64,000 nt of DNA from Eledone cirrhosa (Eukaryota): the NCBI GenBank assembly GCA_964016885.1, contig OZ024742.1:246698001-246762000 (forward strand), written 5' to 3'. Every line of letters starts with the position of its first letter. Within the stretch, counting starts at the first letter, position 1. Shown here one piece after another: positions 1 through 12,204 of the stretch. The translations under genes and the position numbers were made by a program. A model generated the notes under the pieces. That model searched no databases. It was not told the origin of the DNA and saw only the letters and a list, made by a program, of their open reading frames with translations.

Positions 1-275
1 CGTATGGCTTCTGGTAAGCGAACCACAAATGACTTTCTGGATAGTTGAGTCGTATTCCACTTCTTAGATAGGTGAACCTACTTTATTGCTTTATTGCTTT
101 TCTAACCGAAATTACCAGGTCCACTCGTTGGTAAACAACGCAACATAAATGGTATATATTCTAGGGCGGCAAAAATTCCCGAGATCCATGGACGAGTTCT
201 CTCCAGCGGTTTGACATGGTATATACATATATATATATACCATTGATTAATCAATGAACCTTGTTAAACTTTTGG

Positions 276-333
<58 letters not shown>

Positions 334-526
334 TCAGCTGTACAAAAAGGGATTTTATTTACAGTATTAACAATTGTTTCATTGATCAGGTGAGTAATGA
401 AGGTCTCCTTCCTAGTTGTGAGAAGGTTTTGATGTTGCGTGCCAGTTAGAAGTGGGAACTTACAATTCTATAATATGTCACCTACCACCGTCTAAGAATG
501 CAAACATATGCCAACAGCAAACTCAA

Positions 527-655
<129 letters not shown>

Positions 656-1005
656 GACATATATTTATATAACACCTCTAATATGTGTTAATGCTACTTT
701 GTTGCGACTGCCAATAACTATAACTAGCCAAATTCTCACTATATGCAAATGAACATATCCAGCAAATGTACATCATACAAAATTCTGTATAGACACTAGT
801 CCATTTTCATGTCACTAACAGTTGAGTGAATATCACTGAAAGATTAATGAATCTTGAGACAGCAGTGTCTTAGGTTCTCAAAACAACTGGCAACTCTGTG
901 ATATATTCACAGAGGAAAATATAGAAAAATGTTTTTTCTTACAAAAAAAACTTTTCTCTGATAACGACGCTACCCATATGCTTATTATGTATAAACGTAT
1001 AAACG

Positions 1006-1056
<51 letters not shown>

Positions 1057-1059
1057 CAT

Positions 1060-1600
1060 TATCGGAGAAAGCTTTTTAGCGATACTCCGGCCAAATTCCA
1101 ACTCACTCAAACATTAGGAAATAAGTGAGTATATTCCTAATTAAGCGTTCGGGGTGCTAACTAAATGTATTGCGTGGAAAATTTGCTGTATTATTTCATA
1201 TGAGACATATCGAATATATCTCTTCCCAGATGGACGTCTCGTTTCATTATAAGATTCCTACAATTTGGGTGAAATTATACCAATTTATGTAGGAGCTTGT
1301 ATACCATCAATAGATATATATTCAAGTGGGCTCCTATAATTCATCAGTGGGTGCCCCAATAATACTAATATTTAGCGATAATCATCATCAGTGCCTGAGG
1401 TATCTGTTAGGTTGCTAGTCCAGCAGTTCTAAAGAAATACTCAAACTGATTCAAAAATGAGGAAATAAATTACCGCCAAAAAAACAATACATGCGCATGA
1501 CAATGAACTCTAAAAGGAATTCAGGTCACGTGCTAGAACTCAATTGGAACTTGAAAAAATATCTGTGTACAGCGATTGATGACACACACAGATATTTTCA
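1060..1600 (-). mobile_element. Non-coding ~540-bp hammerhead-bearing repeat (family F1; PLE pseudo-LTR-like), copy 1
   Basis: Aligns by eye to 3925-4490 (same orientation) and 5820-6303 (inverted); flanked by (TA)n/(CA)n; contains a hammerhead. Confidence 0.75.
1225..1351 (-). ncRNA. Type I hammerhead ribozyme with long loop-II insert (F1)
   Basis: Minus strand: CCCA-CUGAUGA-AUUAUAGGA...UCUUAUAAU-GAAA-CGAGACGUCCA-UC-UGGG; AUC site with a C.A mismatch in stem III. Confidence 0.75.
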
Positions 1601-1699
1601 CACATACGCACAGGCCTACACACAGGCACACACACAGGCACACGCACACGCACACGCACACGCACACGCACACACACAGGCACACGCACACGCACACGC

Positions 1700-1777
<78 letters not shown>

Positions 1778-2539
1778 ATATATATATATATATAGTTTTA
1801 TATACACCTTTCACACACACACACACACACGCACACACACACTTATATTTATATATATATATATTAATTATTTGTGTTTGTTTTATAACATCTAGTCGAG
1901 AGCTTATCATGATGATTAGCGGAAATTAAAATATTTCCTTTGTCTAATATTTTGAATGACGCGCCAAAAACCGGGGGTTATTTCCCTTGCTGGAATTAAC
2001 ACGTGACAGTTATAGATACGATACGCTGCATCTAGCGGCAACATTTAGCCTATCACCCCGTCCTGGGTAGAACGAAAACCTGTTGAAGAACTGAATCCTC
2101 TGTTCGATCATGAATACCACGAGCTTGCCAGTCACGTAAGTCTGATATTTGATTTAGGATTTCAAAGAAACACTTTAAACGTATAATCGTTTGATTTGTC
2201 GAGGTGTATTTTTCTCAACCTGTTATTTCTATCGTTACTTTGGCATATTACTGTGTGTTAGATTTTGCCTACCACAATGTTCGATTTGTCAAGCTATTTA
2301 AACGTATGTTATTACTCTAAGGACCTACCTTATCGAGTGCTTTGCTAACTCATCATTTCATATAAGTTAGGCCGAATTTGCTTGCAAACAGCCAGAGATT
2401 CGATTTTACTAAATTTCCAATTATATATATATATATATATACACACACATTGAGAAGGCCTTTTAGAGGTGTCCTTTACTTGCCTGGTCATAACAATATC
2501 ATTTGGGTTGTGGGTGCTTTACTTGGAGCTCGCCCATAC

Positions 2540-2720
2540 TATTGGCAGTATCGGTAGAGGGTTGGACGCCATGCTTTCTAGCATAGTTATGTCCTTTTAC
2601 AGTCTGAGTTCAAATCCCGCGGAGGTTAACTTTGCCTTTCATCCTTACGGGGTCGATAAAATAAAGTACCAGTAATGTACTGGATAATTGCTGGCCTTGT
2701 GCCTAAAGTAGAAACAATTA
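2540..2720 (+). mobile_element. tRNA-derived SINE
   Basis: A-box-like TGGCAGTATCGGT, B-box GTTCAAATCC, conserved body GGGGTCGATAAAATAAAGTACCAGTAATG and tail GCTGGCCTTGTGCC; more than 10 copies in the window. Confidence 0.8.
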
Positions 2721-2989
2721 TCTCCCTTAGTTGCTTACTGATGTTTGGTCCAAGTTGAAAGTAGTGTCAAAACCGCTGGGTGAGGGTTCAGTCAACTGAT
2801 TTGCGGACGACATGGTATTATTTAACTTATCTGAAGGTGATCCTCCGACATGCACTGGTTAGGTTTGCTGCGAGTGCTGCACAGCAAGAATGAATATCAA
2901 TTTGGCAAAAACTGAGACATTCGTCTCCTCGAGAACGCTTGCGCGGTGATCTCTGAAGCAGATGGAGAAGTTCAAGTATGTCGTAAACA

Positions 2990-3390
2990 TTTTCATGAGT
3001 GATGGAAGGCTGAATCAAATGCAAGGATTGTCGGAAAAGGATTCTATAATACGCCAGCTTCAACACTTGTTCATCAAAAGAAAAGAAGGGACGTAATTGT
3101 AAAATCAAACTCGCTATCTTCAATTTGGTGTTCGTGACTGCATTTACCTATGGTTCTGAATCTTGGGTAATGACCGAAAGAATACGATCACGAATACAAG
3201 TCGTCGAAATGGGGTCCCTCCGACAGAGATCAGGGCGTCTCTCCAGTTAAAACCGCTAATTCGCATCGAGAGATCACTGCTGCGATACTACGGAAATGTG
3301 GTCAGAATGTATAAAGAAAGAATCATTAGACAGATTTTACGGGTAACGCCAACCAGCAGGTGATCCAGGTGTAGATTCCGAACAAGATGG
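2990..3390 (+). mobile_element. RTE-clade LINE 3' fragment
   Basis: TYGSESWVMTERIRSRIQ and LIRIERSLLRYYGNVVRM; homologous to 43400-43700. Confidence 0.75.
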
Positions 3391-3460
3391 CATACACACA
3401 CACACACGGCGTCTTAATAACGTAATGCAGACAGCCAGGCATACAGACAAAAGAGAAATA

Positions 3461-3660
3461 CTAAGAGTTATAGAGATAGATCGCTAAATCGCCTAATGCG
3501 GTCCCTAGGGTATTGAAAATTTGAAATACCTTTTGCTCAAAACACTCAGAGGACCATAAGTATTGCGTGTGTAAAGTTTGAAAACAATCGGTTGGGTGGT
3601 TCTCGAGTTTTAGTGATCGGACAGACAGACAGACATTCTCTGTTTTATATATATATATAT
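3461..3660 (-). mobile_element. Non-autonomous Helitron-like 5' segment
   Basis: Minus strand TATATAAAACAGAGAATGTCTGTCTGTCTGTCCG...CCAACCGATTGTTTTCAAACTTTACAC resembles invertebrate non-autonomous Helitron 5' ends. Confidence 0.55.
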
Positions 3661-3854
3661 ATATATAATTATATATTCGTGTACAGTTATTTTTGCATAC
3701 ACAGTAACATAATATAAACAAAAGTATTTATTTCGCGATAAAGTATTGATATGCTTCGCCCGGAAAAAACCCCTGGTATGTACGACGAATTTTTTTTATA
3801 AGCACAAAATATAGACACCATCCCGAGGCCGAGGTATTCCTTACTTCTCTGTAC

Positions 3855-3917
<63 letters not shown>

Positions 3918-4087
3918 CATAATCAGAGAAAGCTAAAAGCGATACTCCGGCCAAATTCCAGCTCACTCAACAAACATTAGGAAATACCTGAGTATATTCC
4001 TAATTAAACGTTCGGAGTGCTAACTAATTGTATTGTGTGGAAAATTGGCTGTATCATTTCATATGAGATATATCAAATATATTTCTT

Positions 4088-4214
4088 CCCAGACGGACGT
4101 CTCGTTTCATTATAAGATTTCTACAAGTTGGGTGAAATTATACCAATTTATGCAGAAGCTTGTATAAGATCAACAGATACTTATTCAAGTGGGCTCTTAT
4201 AATTCTTCAGTGGG
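4088..4214 (-). ncRNA. Type I hammerhead ribozyme with 77-nt loop-II insert (F1)
   Basis: CCCA-CUGAAGA-AUUAUAAGA[77 nt]UCUUAUAAU-GAAA-CG-AGACGUC-CG-UC-UGGG; all core nucleotides canonical; GUC site. Confidence 0.85.
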
Positions 4215-4492
4215 TGCCCAATAATATTAATATTGATAACTAAATCAACATCAATGTTTAGCGATAATCACCACAGTGCTTAACGGAGCTGCTAGGTTGT
4301 TAGTCCAGCAGACCTAAAGAAAATTTCACACTGTCACTAAAATAGGTGGAAGGAGATTACTGCCAAAAAACAATACATGTGCAGATCAATGAATTCTGAA
4401 AAGAGTTCAAGCCACGTGCGAGAACTCAATTGGATTTGAAAAATTTACCATGCGTGCGCATCGCTTGATGACACACAGATATTTTCACAGGC

Positions 4493-4524
<32 letters not shown>

Positions 4525-4646
4525 ATTATATATTCGTGTACAGATATTTTTGCATACACAATAACAAAATATAAACAAACGTATTTATTTCACGAGGCTC
4601 GATAAGAATAAATATATATCAAATATATAAGAACCCTAGAGCAAAT

Positions 4647-4675
4647 CCCGAGCAACGCCAGGCCATTCTGCTAGT
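4647..4675 (+). mobile_element. Helitron-like 3' terminus
   Basis: GC-rich hairpin CCCGAGCAACGCC(A/G)GG followed by CTAG|T; mirror copy at 5604-5632 (-). Confidence 0.6.
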
Positions 4676-4855
4676 ATATATATATGTCTTATGGTAGCTA
4701 ATTGTAATACACAATAAATTGAGTTCCGATGCATCACTGATTCTTCATTTTCCATTTTATATATATATATATATATATATAAAGAAAAAAACATGAAATC
4801 GAAAATGCAACTGGAGTCTTATTTAAAAAAAAATATATATATATTTATTTGGTTC

Positions 4856-4888
4856 CTTTACCGGTTTCGCAGTTCTGCTTTTCAAAAG
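4856..4888 (-). ncRNA. Minimal hammerhead, U3-A8 variant (F2)
   Basis: CUU-UUGAAAA-GCAG-AA-CUGC-GAAA-CCGG-UA-AAG. Confidence 0.65.
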
Positions 4889-4954
4889 TAGAGTTGAGAT
4901 GGAGGGTCTCACATCTGATGTGAGAAAAACCACAGACCCTCCATCTCAACTCTA

Positions 4955-4990
4955 CTTTTGAAAAGCAGAAGAACTGCGAAACCGGTAAAG
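4955..4990 (+). ncRNA. Minimal hammerhead, U3-A8 variant (F2)
   Basis: CUU-UUGAAAA-GCAG-AAGAA-CUGC-GAAA-CCGG-UA-AAG; palindromic loop III. Confidence 0.7.
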
Positions 4991-5128
4991 GAACCAAATA
5001 AATATATATATATATTTAAAAAAAAAAAATAAGACTCCAGTTGCATTTTCGATTTCATCTTTTTTTCTTTATACTTTCACTCGTGTAGGACACATCGGTT
5101 ATTTTTCATTTTGTAAAAAAAACATCAC

Positions 5129-5196
<68 letters not shown>

Positions 5197-5212
5197 TAAA
5201 ATAACAGATTAA

Positions 5213-5263
5213 AGTTTAAGCAAAGAATCGCTGCTTTCACCCTTAACGGGATCTTCTGAAACT
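5213..5263 (-). ncRNA. Hammerhead, A4 variant (F3)
   Basis: Exact mirror of 5331-5381. Confidence 0.65.
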
Positions 5264-5330
5264 AACAAAGTCAATCTGTAAACGCAGAACTGGATATTTC
5301 CCAGTTCTGCGTTTACAGATTGACTTTGTT

Positions 5331-5381
5331 AGTTTCAGAAGATCCCGTTAAGGGTGAAAGCAGCGATTCTTTGCTTAAACT
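5331..5381 (+). ncRNA. Hammerhead, A4 variant (F3)
   Basis: AGUUU-CAGAAGA-U-CCC-GUUAA-GGG-U-GAA-AGCAG-CGAUUCU-UUGCU-U-AAACU; three stems pair; CUU site. Confidence 0.65.
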
Positions 5382-5490
5382 TTAATCTGTTATTTTAATA
5401 AATATTTGCTCTACGGTTCTTATATATTTGATATATATTTATCCTTATCGAGCCCTCTTTGGATTTTAATCTTCAAATTTATTATTATTA

Positions 5491-5522
<32 letters not shown>

Positions 5523-6097
5523 GAAAACGAAGAATCAGTGATGCATCGGAACTCAATTTATTGTATATTACAATTAGCTACCATAAGACATATATACATA
5601 TATACTAGCAGAATGGCCCGGCGTTGCTCGGGATTTGCTCTAGGGTTCTTATATATTTGATATATATTTATCCTTATCGAGCCTCGTGAAATAAATACGT
5701 TTGTTTATATTTTGTTATTGTGTATGCAAAAATATCTGTACACGAATATATAATTATATATATATATATATATATATATAAGGGTTAAAATATATATATA
5801 TATATTTTTTTTTTTTTGCCTGTGAAAATACCTATGTGTGTCATCAAGCGATGCGCACGCATGGTAAATTTGTCAAATCCAATTGAGTTCTCGCACGTGG
5901 CTTGAATTCTTTTCAGAATTCATTGATCTGCACATGTATTGTTTTTTGGCAGTAATCTACTTCCACCTATTTTAGTGACAGTGTGAAATTTTCTTTAGGT
6001 CTGCTGGACTAACAACCTAGCAGCTCCGTTAAGCACTGTGGTGATTATCACTAAACATTGGTGTTGATTTAGTTATCAATATTAATATTATTGGGCA

Positions 6098-6224
6098 CCC
6101 ACTGAAGAATTATAAAAGCCCACTTGAATAAGTATCTGTTGATCTTATACAAGCTTCTGCATAAATTGGTATACTTTCACCCAACTTGTAGGAATCTTAT
6201 AATGAAATGAGACGTCCGTCTGGG
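6098..6224 (+). ncRNA. Type I hammerhead with long loop-II insert (F1)
   Basis: CCCA-CUGAAGA-AUUAUAAAA...UCUUAUAAU-GAAA-UGAGACGUCCG-UC-UGGG. Confidence 0.8.
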
Positions 6225-6441
6225 AAGAGATATATTTGATATATCTCATATGAAATGATACAGCCAATTTTCCACACAATACAATTAGTTAGCACCCCGA
6301 ACGGATACATATACATATATATATATATATATATATATGTGTGTCTGTATGTGTTTAAAAGTTAAACAGAAATAACAACACAATCGGTACAGTATATGGA
6401 AGGTATGTATTAGGTGAACGCTTGATATAGCAGGAAGAGGG

Positions 6442-6477
6442 TCTTAACGTTTCGGACGCTAGTCCTTTATCAGAAGA
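6442..6477 (-). ncRNA. Minimal hammerhead with G8A change (F4)
   Basis: UCUU-CUGAUAA-A-GGAC-UAGC-GUCC-GAAA-CG-UU-AAGA. Confidence 0.6.
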
Positions 6478-6707
6478 AAGAATGAGAAATAAAATAGGTT
6501 GAGGGGGCGGGCGTGATGTAATTGGAAAAAATGACTTTAGATAAAAATATCAGGTCCATTCATGTTGACATCGCTTGCAAAACTGTTGGTGCTGGCGTTT
6601 TGTGTATGATTTATTTTTTAGAAAAGTGGATGATGGCGCGTGTCTACCTGAAATGGAAAAAAACCGTTTTGTAAAAAGAGCTATACTTGAGCACGTGCGT
6701 AAGCATG

Positions 6708-6839
<132 letters not shown>

Positions 6840-6840
6840 C

Positions 6841-6871
<31 letters not shown>

Positions 6872-7799
6872 TGTGTTATTATAGGTCCGTACGAAACTAA
6901 GAAGAAATGTGTGTGTATATGTGAGTAAAAGAGTGTGTGCATGTAAGTACGAAATTATGAGCAAAATTATGTTAATATAAGTGTGTATGTATGTATGGAT
7001 GTATGTATGGATGAATGGGTGTATATATTCCAACGCAACACACCATTCTCTCATATCTCTCACTTATGGTTTGCTATTTAACTGTAACCAGACATACTTT
7101 CTTGTTTTCTATACTTTTCTTTCTCCCTTACTATAAGAACCGATAGTAAGGGAGAAAACTGACTATACTCTCTTTCTTAACAACAATGCTTCGAAGCGGA
7201 CACCTCTTGGCCTGCTTCCATGTGGCTCTCTTTTTTCCCTCTAGCTTTGTATTCTATATGTTGTCTGTATTTGTCTTCTAAATCTTATGATCGGCTGTTT
7301 AAACTTGATATCACAGCCCTATTGTTCCTGCCTGTCCAAGATTTTATCCCAAATATTTATTTATGATTTTTATGTTCGTCTAATTTCTTTGTCTGTCTGT
7401 GCGTCGGTCGCATATAGTATTCTATCTCGTGTTCTTTTCCGTACAATACTTTTCTAATTTGGAATTATCATCATGGGAGAACTCTAAGCTATGGTTTCTC
7501 GTCTGTTTACCTACCGAAACACCGCGAGCTTAGAGGAGTTGGCTAAATATTTGAATTTTTCATTGTTATTGCCATGTTTGTCAGGGTCCCCAGTTTTTCC
7601 GACCGTTTCTGTACTACCCTATTTCTTCCTGATTATTCCCATTTCCAACAGTTTCATTACATTTATTGTATCACTATTCCAACGAAACACAGTACGCTCA
7701 TATCTCTCTCACTTTCAGTTTATATATATATGTATAGATATATATACATGATGGACACTCCCTTTAATGACATTTCAGTTCAGCTGTTGATTTACATAC

Positions 7800-10430
7800 C
7801 AAGCCGCGTTTAGTGCAGATGACAGGATTTTGAGCGGAGCAATGATGGAAGGTTTGATTGAAGTTTCGTGTTAGATATGAGATCATGATGTGCCAGACGA
7901 AATTTTTCAAAATTCTTTATACCTTCATGAGAGACATTTCTTCATTTTTCACGGTCAGCAGCTAGTGCTTCAGAAGAAGTAAGAGCTATGTTCATAGATT
8001 TAAGATTGTACTTCAGTTTGCCTATATATCTGAGTAATGGTCACCATTATGCAGTAGACTATATAACAGTATCTTGGGTGTGCGATCCTCTGTGAACAGG
8101 CTATTTAAGTTGGAATTGCATTAGAAATGACTCAATCCCACCGATGTTGGACCTCGTGAATAGATCGGCATTGAAGACTGTCAGAAAGTGAATAACTAAA
8201 GGTAGAACAAATATAATGTTTTTGGAAGAGACCAAGCTTATACATGTGGGTGCGATAACGTGTCCATGACTCCAAGCTGTATAAAGGTTTTATCTGTACT
8301 ACTGCATGATAAACTGCAACTTTCATTCAGGGATATACCTCTGACACCCTATAGACGATGATACAGTTTGCCAAAAGCATCAGTTGCTTTGGAGACGTGA
8401 TTGAACATCTCATCATCCAGGGATGTTGTGGGGCTCAACTTGCGCCAAGGTAAGTAAAGGAGTTCACATACTTCAGATCCGTAGCAAAGGGACGCCCGTA
8501 CCCCAGCTGTCTTTAATCAACACCTCCTATTTGCCTGGGGCTTGGCTTTGGTTGATGTACCAATTCAGTCTTCTTAATGCTGATTGTTAAACCAAACGCC
8601 TTACAGGAAAGCGAGAAGTGGTTCACCAATTCTTTCCCCTCTTTAAGTGATGCTGCAAATAGTAAATCACGAATAACACTTGTTCATTTTAGTCTTAACG
8701 CTCTGAAGATGTATTATAAATGCATCCCTGAAGTCTTGAGGGTCATGTTCGATCATCCGGATTTCCAGAAATAGTCGAAGAAGCTTACGAACCAGTTGTT
8801 GACTTCTATATTTGAAAATTTCAGGTGGGATGCTATCTTTTCCGGGAGCTTTATTAGATGACAGTTGTTTGATCGCGACTTGTACTTCATTCAAGCTTGG
8901 TCTGAACGTTACTTGTGGTATATATGTCCTTTGTGAAATAGATGGTATTACATCTTAATCTACGTTTGACACAGAATTTAGGAACTTTTCAAAGTGTTCC
9001 TTCCACCGAGAGAGTATCTCAGCTTTGAGTGTATAGGGCTGTACCATCAGAAGATAGAATTGGATTTGACCTGCTCTACTTCAGACCATACACCGCCTTC
9101 AGACTATTATAAAATTTAGTTGAGTCCTTTTTCTTAGCAACCTCTTGTAACCCAGCTGCTTTAGCTGTCCACCAGGCATTCTTCATCAAGTGAGGACTAT
9201 GTGTACTGCATACAATCTTTATAGGCTTTCTTTTTAGTTGTTGAGCTTTTATCTTCCTTTCAAAGACTGTTTAGGTTATGCATCTTACTGATAAGGTTCT
9301 GGAAATATGAGATGCTTTCATGAAAATATTACTGATATTAAGATTTCTACGGATGCTGCATAGGTAGAATCATCGAGCGCTTTCCATGAAGCATCAATGT
9401 CATCTGAAATCTGGACAGGGCCGAGGGATGAGCCAAGTTTTGCAGAAAGTTCCAACCTCCTATCAGTGAATCTCAAAGCACCCACATCAACCTTGGGTGA
9501 GACAGGTGGCTTTTGAAGACGCATTTTGTTGGGAAGATTGAATGAAATCTTAGTGCGCAGCAGTGCATGATCCGACGGATAGCAAGCAGAGTAAAAAGGG
9601 AGAGTGATTTTGAAATCTTTTAGGTCACGCCTGGTGTGTAATGACATAATTAATTATGGGAAAATCCTTGGATCTAGGATGCATCCATGTTGTCTTATGG
9701 TTTGCAGGTTGTTGTAAAAAGCTATTAGTGATGCTAAGATCAAATTTCCTGCAGAGTGAAAGTAGCCTAAGCCCATTTAAGTTCATGGCTCCAATTCCAT
9801 TAAGCCCAAGGACACCATGCCATGTTTGATAGTCATTTACAATCCTAGCATTGAAATCTCCCATTATGATAAGCTTGTTCTTTTATGCAACAGTGCAGAC
9901 CACTGTGTGTAACTAACTATAGAATGTTTCGATATCATGCTCAGATGAATAGAGAGTTAAGGTGTAATAACTCACTATGTAACTGAGGTGTTGTTTGCTA
10001 GATCCAGAGAATGAGTCATGGTAAGATCATTAGCACCTACGGAAAATGAGGTTAGGGATTTAGCAATGTCAGATCTAATATATAGTCAACTACCAGATTG
10101 ATGGTGGCCTTCCTCACTTTTTCCGGACCAGAAGATTATGTAATATTCTGTTACTCCTTCCATTCGGCATGTGCTGGGGGTATCAGGTTTTACGTATAGC
10201 ACATATATCAATATTTCTATTGAGAGTATAGAACCAAAAGTTAAATGTTATGCTTTGTTTCGATCGCATATTTGGATAACCAGACAGCCGCTGTTGACTG
10301 CCAAGTTAAAAGATTGAGCAAATATTTGTTTAGGTCTTCCTTTGCCGCCCTTCCATGTGTAGGGAAAGCAGAGCAGCTATGTCTAAAAAGACACCAGAGG
10401 ACACGAACAGCACAAATTGCTCATATTTGT
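7800..10430 (-). mobile_element. Decayed RTE (BovB-like) LINE with internal RT deletion
   Basis: APE: GDFNARI...TWHGVLG...TTWMHPRSK; RT N-terminus: EVQVAIKQLSSNKAPGKDSIPPEIFK; then IRDLLFA...FGLTISIKKTE; C-terminus: KVAVYHAVV...LYSLESWT; many stops and frameshifts. Confidence 0.85.
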
Positions 10431-10789
10431 GTATGAACAACCATCTCCTGATGGTCGTCACAATAGAACTCCAGCGAAGGACTTTCTGTAACACCCTTTA
10501 CTTGTCTCATTTCTAGGCTAAGAGTTAAATTAATGATAGGAATTAGCTTGCAATTTCGCCAATATATTTTAGTTCGTTTATCCCATAAATAACATACAAG
10601 CTGAAGAATCATTAAAAAGAAATTAAATTTTCAAGAATTATTAGATAACCGCCAAATAACTTATTAAATATTCTACTAGAAAAAATATGGTAATCTTCAA
10701 ATAAGTAGTCTTAAAAAAATATTTTTCGATTTAGTTAAAAAAATCCTCATGATTTTGTAATTATGGTTAATCACATTACTTCCTATATG

Positions 10790-10831
<42 letters not shown>

Positions 10832-10834
10832 TTG

Positions 10835-10877
<43 letters not shown>

Positions 10878-11319
10878 GACATATTCTTTACTCTTTCATG
10901 TTTAATCTCAACAGAAGATAAAAAGTTCACATGATAATTTCCATCAAATTTCTTTTAGTTTGTTGTTACATTTTTTCTTTAAATGAAATTCTTAGTTTGA
11001 GGCTGTATGTAAAATATCTTTGAATTCGATATAGAAATTAAGAATTTATTCAAAATGTATTCAATTTTAAACGTCTTAAAGTTTAACAGGTTTGTCGCTG
11101 TCATTCACTATATGCACATCTTTTCTTTCTGCGTAATTCCACAGTTAAGATCAATATATTGAAGTGACGGCACTTGTTTCAATGTAACGACTCACCCGCT
11201 GGTTTGTCACATGAATTACATCCGTGTTGAAAGCTGTACAAGATAGCTTCAAGTCACTGCGTGGAGTAAGAAGGTGTTTAAGAGAATGCTGTATGTTAAT
11301 ATCAAGAATAAGAGCGGTA

Positions 11320-11510
11320 GATTGACAGTATCTGTAGAGCGGTAAATAAAATGCTTTGCGGTATTTAGTTACGGGTTTCTACGTTCTGAATTAAAATTCC
11401 ACCGAATTCAACTTTTTCTTTCAACTTTTCCAGGGGTCATAAATATAAAGTACCAGTTATGTACTGGGGTCGATATTATTGACTTTCCCCTTCCCCTAAA
11501 TTGCAGGACA
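11320..11510 (+). mobile_element. Diverged tRNA-derived SINE copy
   Basis: TTGACAGTATCTGTAGAGCG...TAAAGTACCAGTTATGTACTGGGGTCGAT. Confidence 0.65.
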
Positions 11511-11565
11511 AACATTTTTTGTAAAAAGTAATTTCACCTGTTCAACAAAATATTTAATATAGAGT

Positions 11566-11890
11566 GTACACCCACCATTCGCGGTCCCTGCACTCGCACT
11601 CCCAGTTATTCGCGGAATTTTCCTAAGAAAACCTAATAATTGTTCGTGGAAACCAACGCATATTCGCGGAATCGTAAATATCTTCCGCGATTTGTTATGG
11701 CTTTTTTCGTGGCAATATATATGTTTAACGCTAAATTATTAATAACAATATTCTGTATTTTCCGGCCTATATTTGACATTATGTTTTGACGTTTATAGGT
11801 ATTTTTATGGACCCCGTCCAATATTCACGATTTTCACTCTTCGCGGGTGCTCTAGGAAAGTAACCCCGTGAATACCACGGGACAACTGTA
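11566..11890. mobile_element. Pogo/Tigger-like MITE
   Basis: Right end CCCGTGAATACCACGGGACAACTGTA; degenerate left end TACACCCACCATTCGCGG; internal TTCGCGG/CCGCGA repeats. Confidence 0.55.
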
Positions 11891-12204
11891 TACCATTGTA
11901 TATGTAAAGGGTGTAGCGAAGATTATAAAGGGCAAATGAAACTCACCCTCAGAAATAGAATGACAATTCACAGCTAACAATTACGAGACCCCGCCACAAG
12001 ACAGATACTACTTAATGAGATTTCTATGCAACGAACAAATCCACCAAATCCCAGGTCTTTCCATTATACCGTTGTCTAGATAATGTCACAGAGCAAATAC
12101 AAATAAATAAATAAAATATATTTATTCAAAAATACAAACCACGTCTGAATAGACTCTAACTACCCCCACACTTACACGTAATATTCTTCACCTTGCTAAT
12201 AGAA

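Larger units (their letters stand above)
4009..6303. repeat. 2.3-kb nested palindrome: ~750-bp outer inverted arms enclosing two fold-backs
   Basis: 4009-4760 is the near reverse complement of 5512-6303; inner hairpins at 4781-5071 and 5190-5406. Confidence 0.9.

Noticed and set aside
7080-7660. Possible decayed PLE N-terminal coding remnant on the minus strand upstream of hammerhead F4
   Set aside because: Stops in the frame I read and no diagnostic motif could be confirmed
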